This document shows positions 29,042 through 36,866 of a stretch of 64,000 bases of DNA, piece after piece; the first letter of the stretch is position 1; the number at the start of each line of letters is the position of its first letter. The translations under genes and the position numbers were made by a program. The notes under the pieces were generated by a model. It saw nothing but the letters and a program-made list of their open reading frames with translations. It ran no database searches and was not told where the DNA came from. The stretch covers positions 12,735 through 76,734 of the forward strand of contig WARW01000001.1 in NCBI GenBank assembly GCA_013387215.1. Direction: 5' to 3'. This stretch comes from Patescibacteria group bacterium. GTDB taxonomy: Bacteria > Patescibacteriota > Microgenomatia > UBA12405.

Positions 29042-30853
29042 ATGTCAAGAAACATTGAGAGTCCAAGTTTCGTACAAATCAAAGAAGCTTTGGCTTGTCC
29101 GCATATTCAAAAAACCGCTCGCCCTATTGGTGTCGACTTGTTTTATTCGGATCTGGAAAGTGCTAAGGAAAGAAGACAGCTTTTGGAAAAAATGAGCCAT
29201 CTTTTTGATCAGATTCCAGACCTAAACATGGATGTCGATACCGCTTTAAAAAATAATTTAATTAGCTCTGAAAACTTATCTAATGTTTATCAGGATTTAT
29301 CTGATTTCATCAGCTCAGATTCCAATCATTCTCGTTTAGCTTTATATCTGCCTTTCCAAATTATTCCCAATTTAAATCCAGACAATTCAAAAAATATAAC
29401 CGAATCTCAGGTTAAATTTGCTAACGTCTATAAAAATGCTTGGATGCAATTGTTGTTTGAAAGTGATATTCGGGCGGATTTTTTAAACGGAGACACATTA
29501 GAACCAGGCCTAGGCGAACCAGCTCGAGTCAGAAAAGCAGCCCATTTAATACCGGAAATTTTAAAAAAGGGAATTATTGATAAAGAAGATATTGACTTAA
29601 TATTAGAAATAAATAAATCAGATGATGAATTATGCCATTCAATTAACGAAGGAGTAATTGCCTACGAGAAATTAAATAAATCAGAAAAATCTGAGGAAAC
29701 TTCAGAAATTTTTGATTTAGATAATTTAAAAAAAGAACTGGCTCTTATTGATAAAAATTACGGACCAAATTCAGAAAATATTTCCAAATTAAGTCTAAAG
29801 GAAAAATACGATTCGCCCAATCTGCTTGATTCAAAAATCAGCCAAGAAAGAGCTGCTTGGATAAGAAGAACTAAATATGGAGAAACTTTAAATAAATATG
29901 CCCAAAAAATTCATAATTTTAATACCATTGATTCTTTATTAGAAGCAGATGAACCAGTCTATAAAATACTTGGCTTAAAAGCGATTTTTAATCAAAATCA
30001 ACCGACTGATATCTTTGATAAATTAATTGAGGAACAGTGGTTGACTGGTAATAATCAAATCAAGGAAGCAATAATTACCGGCCTAAGTTATTGGCAAAAA
30101 AATAATCTAATTTCTTCACATTACCTAGATCGATTCGGAATTAAAATTCCTGATTTATCACAACCGTTTTCAGTTGATTTAGATAAATTAATTTTGTCCG
30201 ACCTTAAAAATATGACAGAGGCTGTAGAAGGAATTAAAAATGAATCAATTCTTTCTGAAAATATTTATCCAACCATATTAGTATTTGGATCAAGAGTCAA
30301 AGGATATTCTGGTCTTGATTCTGATTATGATATCGCTGTCTTTTTTAAACCAAACGCCTTAATTGATAACCGGAATTCAATTCTTCAATCAATCAAAGCG
30401 ATTCCTTCATTAAAAGAAGTAGGGAAGATATGTGAATTTTGGACAACCGAAAATGATGGAAAAATAGGTCTTAGACCAATCTCAGAAAAAGTTTGGGGCA
30501 TGATTGGACCGGAACAAATTCACTTTTTATTTGGAGGTGCTTGGATTGGTGATAAAACCGATATAAATAAAATACAGCAGGATCTTTTGGAAAAATATTG
30601 TGATTTATCAAGATTTGACCATCAAAAAGATTTGGTACGATCTCGCTTGCTGGGTAATTTAGAATACGATATTCTTCAATGCCGTCTTATGCATAAGGGG
30701 TATCGAAAATTTTATCCTGATAAAATTGATCCGAAAATTAAAAGTATAAACGCTATTGATGGAAATAGTGCCTTTTGGGATCCTGGGTTTAGACGAGTGG
30801 CAACGCAACTTTTTTTGAGTAGAGTATTTTTACCTGATTTATCGGGTAAATAA
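29042..30853 (+). CDS. Large protein with Pol-beta-superfamily nucleotidyltransferase domain
   Basis: FGSRVKGY..LDSDYDIAVF motif after a long helical N-terminal region. Confidence 0.7.
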   Translation: MSRNIESPSFVQIKEALACPHIQKTARPIGVDLFYSDLESAKERRQLLEKMSHLFDQIPDLNMDVDTALKNNLISSENLSNVYQDLSDFISSDSNHSRLALYLPFQIIPNLNPDNSKNITESQVKFANVYKNAWMQLLFESDIRADFLNGDTLEPGLGEPARVRKAAHLIPEILKKGIIDKEDIDLILEINKSDDELCHSINEGVIAYEKLNKSEKSEETSEIFDLDNLKKELALIDKNYGPNSENISKLSLKEKYDSPNLLDSKISQERAAWIRRTKYGETLNKYAQKIHNFNTIDSLLEADEPVYKILGLKAIFNQNQPTDIFDKLIEEQWLTGNNQIKEAIITGLSYWQKNNLISSHYLDRFGIKIPDLSQPFSVDLDKLILSDLKNMTEAVEGIKNESILSENIYPTILVFGSRVKGYSGLDSDYDIAVFFKPNALIDNRNSILQSIKAIPSLKEVGKICEFWTTENDGKIGLRPISEKVWGMIGPEQIHFLFGGAWIGDKTDINKIQQDLLEKYCDLSRFDHQKDLVRSRLLGNLEYDILQCRLMHKGYRKFYPDKIDPKIKSINAIDGNSAFWDPGFRRVATQLFLSRVFLPDLSGK

Positions 30854-32290
30854 GTATTCGTATCCTGATCTTATTTTTCTATCTTTTGCTTTTGGTCCCC
30901 ATCCTTCAGCCACTACTGGAATTTGGATCTTTTCTTCAACATAATCCAAAAAAGTATCGACCATTGTTTTGTTATTTTCGGGTTTAAGGGTAGATAAAAT
31001 TGGCTGGCATTGATTAAGTAATTTAGTCAATTGCAGTTGGTGTTTATAATGAGCTTCGTCTTGAGTATTAGGATAAATTTTAATTCCAGTAATGATATCG
31101 TTTTCCATTTCAAAGTAGTCTTCCAAATTAGTATTTTCTCCATTAAATTTATAGCCCTCACAAATCTGCCACTCATTTTTTTGAGATAAAACATCAAGAT
31201 AACTGATCATTAGACCGTCAAAAGATTTCTTTCCGCCGCTAATTTCAACAGCATATTTCATGGCCACAATATCATAATTACCATTTCTAAATTCTCCCAG
31301 CCATTCAGTCCAATTATTGTGAGTTTCCTGAATTGAATCAGTCATTTCTCGATTAAAACTAACCAGTGGGCCGGCTCCATGGCGGGTCATATAGCATCGG
31401 CTAACACCAATTCGGACTATCTCCCCTGAATAATTTTGTTTTTGAAGAGTGCCAAGAATATCTTGAGAAGTTGGATCGATTTGAGTAGTGTGAGGAATAA
31501 AGCCGTACCATGGGTGTAAAAGTGCACCATGAGAAGTTTCGCAGACCACTAAACCTTCTTGTGACAGCATTTCATTTAAATAATTATCGTCAACAATTTT
31601 GAACAAATCGGCAGTGTATTTGAATGATTTGGCAGTTGATCCAACAAAACTTTGATCATAAAGTATTTCCAATTGTTCATATGCTTCTTCCGGCAATTGA
31701 TCTAATCCAAGAATTAGTTTTTGAGCTTGTTGAATTTTATTTTGCCGGATATTTTCTATTTTTTGGCACAAAGTTTCTTCATCATCGCTAAAATCGCCGG
31801 CTCTGATTGTTAGTTGTGGATCTTTTGAATCTTTTATGGCTTCGCCAACCCCCATACCAACTGTTCCTTTCTTGTCTTTACCTCGCATAATTTCGCGAAG
31901 TCGGCTTATAGCCCGGTGAAACGGAGTTATGGAAATACATTCTTTATCGATAGTTATTAAATCGAATGGATTTTTTACTCCCTTTTCTTCAACCTCAATA
32001 GCCTCATTAAAGAGATCAGTCGGGCAGATTACCATGTGTTTTAAGTGAGTTTTAGCGCCGTCAAAAGTACCAGCCCCAAAATGGCTAAACATTTGTTCTC
32101 GCCCATCTTCGGCTGTAATATGGTGTCCGGATTGGCAGCCTCCTGATCGCCAAACAGTATGAGCATTAAGCATTTTAGTAAAAGCTTCAACTGTGTTGCC
32201 TTTGGTTTCTTCGCCAATACCTAAACCAGTAACCACAATGACTTTATTTTTGGGCTTTTCAAAATTAATATTTGAAATTATTTCTTTCAT
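30839..32290 (-). CDS. Divergent adenylosuccinate-synthetase-family ligase (copy 1)
   Basis: GLGIGEETKG, GGCQSGH, GTVGMGVG, TRHGAGP, GWGP; Asp-binding TTGR loop absent. Confidence 0.8.
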   Translation of the reverse strand: MKEIISNINFEKPKNKVIVVTGLGIGEETKGNTVEAFTKMLNAHTVWRSGGCQSGHHITAEDGREQMFSHFGAGTFDGAKTHLKHMVICPTDLFNEAIEVEEKGVKNPFDLITIDKECISITPFHRAISRLREIMRGKDKKGTVGMGVGEAIKDSKDPQLTIRAGDFSDDEETLCQKIENIRQNKIQQAQKLILGLDQLPEEAYEQLEILYDQSFVGSTAKSFKYTADLFKIVDDNYLNEMLSQEGLVVCETSHGALLHPWYGFIPHTTQIDPTSQDILGTLQKQNYSGEIVRIGVSRCYMTRHGAGPLVSFNREMTDSIQETHNNWTEWLGEFRNGNYDIVAMKYAVEISGGKKSFDGLMISYLDVLSQKNEWQICEGYKFNGENTNLEDYFEMENDIITGIKIYPNTQDEAHYKHQLQLTKLLNQCQPILSTLKPENNKTMVDTFLDYVEEKIQIPVVAEGWGPKAKDRKIRSGYEYLFTR

Positions 32291-32291
32291 A

Positions 32292-32342
32292 AACCTTTCG
32301 TCCTTTTGGACTCATCAGTATCGATACGCATCGATAGAGGTT
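32292..32342 (-). ncRNA. Type III hammerhead ribozyme (HH1)
   Basis: AACCU-C, stem I UAUCGAU/AUCGAUA, CUGAUGA, stem II GUCC-AAAA-GGAC, GAA, AGGUU; cleavage predicted after C at 32337. Confidence 0.93.
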
Positions 32343-32404
32343 GAATAGCTAAAAGCCAGTCTTTAAATTAATAAAGATAGCTTTCAGCTATTCTGTAAAG
32401 AGTG

Positions 32405-33556
32405 TTAGAACTTATTCCAATTGATTCCGCTTCCAGGCTGTTCATCCTTTATTGGTTGCTCTACAACAGTAGTTGCATCGTGCCCGATAGGCCAAATGTC
32501 GCGAAGATTGGCGAATTTGTCTCCAGGTTTGGGGATTTTATTATATCCGGGTAACTTCGCCTGGGCGCCAAAAAGCGGTTTTGCAACCTGCAGCCATCCC
32601 CATAGACGATTAACATCGCGTTGTGAAATATGATCATTGGAATTGCCAGCCAGCAAGAATTTGTTTAAACCGTCTTCGGTAGGTTGCAGAGTCTCTGTAA
32701 CATAAATTAGCCCTGCTTGAGCTTCGGCAAGTAGGTCAGGGTCAGGAATTGAAATAACTCTGTCTTCACCTAAATATTGCTGCCACCAGTAGATATTTGA
32801 ATTATTATGGCCAACATTAAGGTAAAACAAATGCCATTTTGATATCAGGCTTTCACAAACCTTTTTCAATGAAACCTTTTCGCTTTGCATGGTATGACCT
32901 AAATATCTTTCAACATCATGTTTGGTTACATACTCCCTGCAATCAGCATCAGCACCTAAGAAGAAATAACCTTTAAGACCGTAGTTTATAATGTCGACTT
33001 CTGTCTGATTATCGACATACCACAAACCAAGTTGATAATCTTCTGTCCAATCATCGCCATCTTTATCGGGAACCAATAACTCAACATGTTCAACGGCGCG
33101 ATTATCAGATTCAAATTCGGCCATTTGGAATGGAGGGTGGTCATCTTTTACATCCTGCAGAACGGCAACGGACAGATCTATTTGATATCTATCCTGTAAT
33201 TCTGACAGCATACAATAGACCTTCCCCATTGCCTTAAGAGCAAGTGCTACTTTTTCGCCCATTGAACCGGTTCCGTCTGTTCCTAAGATAGTCGGTAATT
33301 TAATACCTTTTGCCAATATATATATTTTTTTTCCAGCCTCATCCAACAGCACCATCGCGTTACGAGAAAGACGTTTAACACCAAAAATATTAACATTTTG
33401 ATGTAATTTGCCAGTTTTTTTGAAAACTTCATGACCTTTCTCATGAACAGTTTCGGTAAATCTCACCCCTTTCGTTGTTGCTCTTTCTTCCATTTTTCTA
33501 ACGGTTTCTACATGCTTCACTGCATTAAAAGTAGAGGTATCTTGCTTCCTTGCCAT
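32405..33556 (-). CDS. VWA-domain protein (copy 1)
   Basis: MIDAS-like DGTGS, PFQMAEFES, EDYQL, KGYFFLGAD; aligns with 38215-39762. Confidence 0.75.
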   Translation of the reverse strand: MARKQDTSTFNAVKHVETVRKMEERATTKGVRFTETVHEKGHEVFKKTGKLHQNVNIFGVKRLSRNAMVLLDEAGKKIYILAKGIKLPTILGTDGTGSMGEKVALALKAMGKVYCMLSELQDRYQIDLSVAVLQDVKDDHPPFQMAEFESDNRAVEHVELLVPDKDGDDWTEDYQLGLWYVDNQTEVDIINYGLKGYFFLGADADCREYVTKHDVERYLGHTMQSEKVSLKKVCESLISKWHLFYLNVGHNNSNIYWWQQYLGEDRVISIPDPDLLAEAQAGLIYVTETLQPTEDGLNKFLLAGNSNDHISQRDVNRLWGWLQVAKPLFGAQAKLPGYNKIPKPGDKFANLRDIWPIGHDATTVVEQPIKDEQPGSGINWNKF

Positions 33557-33587
33557 TTAAATCAACCCTTTCTTTTTTTAATTTTTT

Positions 33588-34553
33588 TTACCTTGGATAC
33601 GTCCGAAATTCATGAAATTGTCTTTTTAACCCTTTTCCATCCCAAGTCGGTTCTTTTGGCCAAATTTCATCAGATAGTTTGTAAAGATCATCAAACTCCT
33701 CCCCAGCAGCTTTAGCATCACCATCCATAATTCTTCGTAAGAAAGAAACATACTTATCGTAAGCATCTTTACTCATAATTTCCGAATCATAAGGCGGATT
33801 TGATTTTTCAGTGCCTCCGGCTGCTTCCCAGGCTATTTTTGCCGCTGCCACAACTTCTCGAATCTTATCGGCATAACTCGGATCTCCCTTAGTATTGGAA
33901 AAATCCAGTATAAATACTCCATGAAGTGCAGTTTCGACAAGTTCATTGTCGGCATTAACCAATCCAACCGTTAAATCAAAACTGTGGACAAAATACAGCA
34001 ACTTCAAAAGTTTTCCAAATATCCATTGGACACTTTTCAAATCAACCCTTTCCGTTGCTGTTATTACCGATAGTGGTGTTAATTGTTTATAAGAATTTAT
34101 ATTCTCGTGGTATCCCAAAAACAAAGCTGTTCTGTCTCCGGCGTCAATTTTTTCAATTAACTTCGGAAACATCGATCCGTAAAATGCTGGAGTTTCGTTT
34201 TTGCTTATCGCTTCCTGATCTAGTTCATGAGCAATTCGTTGAAGCTTTTTGAGCGTTAATGCTTCATTGTTAAGAACATTATTGCGCTCACTGCTGTTAA
34301 CGATTTTCATTAATCCGAATTGACTTGATGGTAATTTTGCTGCATAAACTCTAAATACGCTTGTTTGGGCTATTGGTAATGGATTTGGGTTATCTCCGGA
34401 TTTTAAACCGAAAATTTCATACTGGCCATTCAATCCATCGTAAAAACCCATGCTGATTAAATTAGATTCAGCTGGATTTTCACTTGGAACTAATAAGGCG
34501 ACATTTAACACTAAATCCGTTAGCCATCCTGTTGAAGAATCATTTTTTGGCAT
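33588..34553 (-). CDS. Protein-kinase-fold protein lacking HRD catalytic Asp (copy 1)
   Basis: LMKI, NEA..L, VQWIFGKLL, VGLVNADN, ILDFS. Confidence 0.65.
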   Translation of the reverse strand: MPKNDSSTGWLTDLVLNVALLVPSENPAESNLISMGFYDGLNGQYEIFGLKSGDNPNPLPIAQTSVFRVYAAKLPSSQFGLMKIVNSSERNNVLNNEALTLKKLQRIAHELDQEAISKNETPAFYGSMFPKLIEKIDAGDRTALFLGYHENINSYKQLTPLSVITATERVDLKSVQWIFGKLLKLLYFVHSFDLTVGLVNADNELVETALHGVFILDFSNTKGDPSYADKIREVVAAAKIAWEAAGGTEKSNPPYDSEIMSKDAYDKYVSFLRRIMDGDAKAAGEEFDDLYKLSDEIWPKEPTWDGKGLKRQFHEFRTYPR

Positions 34554-34556
34554 TTT

Positions 34557-34754
34557 TCACACCCCTCTCATTAATTCATTCATAAAATATTTCTTAACGT
34601 TTTTTCGTTCTCTAAAGTATTCATGGATGTAGCTTCTTTCTTTAACTTTAAACTCCTTTCTCACCTGACTGATGTCTGACTCTTCAGAAACAGGTAATAA
34701 TGAAGCAAAACATAAAACTAATCCAGTCAGCCATTCCTCAGGTGTTTTTCTCAT
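34557..34754 (-). CDS. Small 65-aa protein sharing N-terminal motif with the kinase-fold proteins
   Basis: SD GAAAGGGTG; EEWLTGLVL resembles TGWLTDLVL and QSWLTGVVL. Confidence 0.75.
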   Translation of the reverse strand: MRKTPEEWLTGLVLCFASLLPVSEESDISQVRKEFKVKERSYIHEYFRERKNVKKYFMNELMRGV

Positions 34755-34786
34755 TCCGATTCACCCTTTCTATTACTAACACTTTA

Positions 34787-34798
34787 TTGTTAAAGAAC
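34787..34798 (-). promoter_or_regulatory. boxA-like antitermination motif
   Basis: GTTCTTTAACAA preceded by a hairpin; one of about 10 similar leader motifs in the window. Confidence 0.6.
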
Positions 34799-34847
34799 TT
34801 TTAATAAGATCATGACCGCTTTGACCAAGATCTTACCCAGATATCAT

Positions 34848-34908
34848 CCCAAATTCCTTTCGTCCTTTTGGACTCATCAGTATCGATACACATCGACAGA
34901 GGATTGGG
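34848..34908 (-). ncRNA. Type III hammerhead ribozyme (HH2)
   Basis: UCCU-C, stem I UGUCGAU/AUCGAUA, CUGAUGA, GUCC-AAAA-GGAC, GAA, AGGA; cleavage predicted after C at 34899. Confidence 0.93.
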
Positions 34909-34975
34909 GGAGTTTGTTTTTTTTATTGAGTATTGATACTCAAAACAAACTCCGCCCGGGACTATCATTTGATTT

Positions 34976-35395
34976 TTAGATTCTAATCCGTGAATCAGCA
35001 GGCCTGATGCCTTTTTGGTAAACCAATTGCATTAGTACCTTTAGTTGCGGACCAAAATCCTTTTTCAGATCTTCAGGCATAGTATTAAGAAACTGGTAGT
35101 CATCCTTGAAAAGAAAGCTAGATAAACTAGTCAATTCCGGATTTTTTTCAACCAGACTCAAATATGCCTCCCTGGTGGCGGTTGTAAACACTTCTTTGGG
35201 AGCACAGGCACGCAGGGTTAAGATGTGAACAGGTTTCATCGTATTCCAACCAGTCTTATGTTCGGAAAACATGTTGGCATCCATACGTTCTGCATTCTCA
35301 AATAACCAAGTGGCAACTTTGGAAACATCTTCCTCTTGAATTATCCTCAGATAATCCCTCAGGAAATCATTACTTGCGAAAGGAATTGCCTCCAG
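34976..35395 (-). CDS. Hypothetical protein, start uncertain (possible CTG)
   Basis: Protein-like helical frame filling the gap; AAGGAGG 9 nt before in-frame CTG at 35395. Confidence 0.55.
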   Translation of the reverse strand: MEAIPFASNDFLRDYLRIIQEEDVSKVATWLFENAERMDANMFSEHKTGWNTMKPVHILTLRACAPKEVFTTATREAYLSLVEKNPELTSLSSFLFKDDYQFLNTMPEDLKKDFGPQLKVLMQLVYQKGIRPADSRIRI

Positions 35396-36488
35396 CGGGT
35401 CGGTCCTCCTTAGACAGTTTTTCCCATGGAATCGATGTACCGAGTTGTAACAGGGCAGCAAGATATGCATATTCATATTGGCCAGCTGTTACTTTCGGAT
35501 ATTCCATAATGGACAAAGCATACCTGGTGATACTACGCTCCATTCTGACATAATCAGCTGAAACATTCACATCAAGCATTTTGAGCATCTGTTCTTTGTT
35601 GGCGGCGCCAATTTGAGCTGGTAGGGCTGAATTTTCCAAAACCTCTTTGATTCTGTTGGCATCCAATGCTAAAGCCCTGGCAATCACGATACCTGTGCCG
35701 GCAAAAACCTTGTTGATCTTATCAATCACACCTTCAGCTCCATCGCGCAATGCGCTTGTATCGGGTGGCTGCTGCATCATACCTGCTGGCATTCCTGCTT
35801 GGCCTCCTGTTGCATAAATAGCAAGAGCCATCATTGCTGTAGGAGCTACTCCTTGCTGGTACGAATTAACCCATGACACAACCTGCTGGTTGTACTCGTA
35901 GAGTGCTGGCCAGAGATTCGTCCTGAGTTTATTGAGCAACGCGTCTTTCTTTCCCTGGGTTACGCTGGCACTGTCGATGTCGAGAGCCTGGAAGATTTCT
36001 GCATAATTACGTTTGGTAACCAGTTTCTGCAGCTTGTAGAAATCTTCTCCGCACGGTTCTTCCTGTTCTTCGGCAAATTTTTCCATCCGGTCCATAATGA
36101 TTTTGGGCAATTCGTAAAGACCGCTTTTGTCTGCCAATGTTGCCCTGATGGCTGCAATAATTTCAGTTATGCCGATTTTCAGCTCTCCACCTATTTTCAG
36201 CATGGCTAAAAATGAGGTATCGTCCGGAACCTGTGGCAGAACGTCCATTGACGGTTGAGCTGCTGCTGTTGCAGTTGCTTCAATTTTCGGTTTTTCCTCC
36301 TCTTTGGGTTTGAATGCTGCCGCAATTTTTTTTGCTACCACAGCACCGCATCCGGCATAAGATTTGATCTCGTCGGCTGACAATAAAACCATGTCCGCTT
36401 CAGTCATTACCCCTTCAGTTTCCAGTTTTGCAATTTGGTCTTCTTTAAGTCCGAGCTCGGTTAGCCTCAGTTTCAATGTTTCTTCCAT
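35370..36488 (-). CDS. Hypothetical protein with N-terminal SAM/HhH-like domain
   Basis: LTELGL..QIAKLE.EGV..EADMVLLS.DEI..G.G.V.AKKI pattern, linker, helical domain; ATG after GAAGGGAG; visibly more GC-rich than flanks. Confidence 0.7.
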   Translation of the reverse strand: MEETLKLRLTELGLKEDQIAKLETEGVMTEADMVLLSADEIKSYAGCGAVVAKKIAAAFKPKEEEKPKIEATATAAAQPSMDVLPQVPDDTSFLAMLKIGGELKIGITEIIAAIRATLADKSGLYELPKIIMDRMEKFAEEQEEPCGEDFYKLQKLVTKRNYAEIFQALDIDSASVTQGKKDALLNKLRTNLWPALYEYNQQVVSWVNSYQQGVAPTAMMALAIYATGGQAGMPAGMMQQPPDTSALRDGAEGVIDKINKVFAGTGIVIARALALDANRIKEVLENSALPAQIGAANKEQMLKMLDVNVSADYVRMERSITRYALSIMEYPKVTAGQYEYAYLAALLQLGTSIPWEKLSKEDRPAGGNSFRK

Positions 36489-36670
36489 AACAAAATCTCC
36501 CTTCATCTTTGAAATCACCACTATACAGTCATATCCATATTTATGACTAATGGCTTGCTGGACACAAATTTTGTACCCAAAAAGCCACTAGTCATTTATA
36601 TTCAAATGATAGTCTTTGTAAAAATTTTTTTCTTTCACCAGCTTTTGGTGTAAATCAAAAAATCCTTACT

Positions 36671-36724
36671 TTGTTAAAGTGCAAATTTAGCCTATAGCTT
36701 AGCACAAGGGATTGCTGTAGTCAA
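36671..36724 (-). promoter_or_regulatory. Sigma70 promoter and boxA-like motif of operon copy 1
   Basis: TTGACT-17-TAAGCT with TG extension, followed by GCACTTTAACAA. Confidence 0.65.
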
Positions 36725-36806
36725 TCAAAAATTATTGATCATTACCGTAATATTTTTCGTAATCATAAAATATAATCATAAACTTATAATAATTAAAATT
36801 TTTACC

Positions 36807-36865
36807 AAAAAAAACCTCAATTTAGAAATTAATTAGCATTCGCTAAAAAATTTCACCATTGAGGT
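36807..36865 (-). terminator. Intrinsic terminator of operon copy 2
   Basis: ACCTCAAT...ATTGAGGT long hairpin followed by U-tract. Confidence 0.65.
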
Positions 36866-36866
36866 A

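Noticed and set aside
32294-34902. The ~45-bp repeat as CRISPR repeat, att site or IS end
   Set aside because: Only two copies 2.5 kb apart, no cas or transposase, and the conservation matches hammerhead structure
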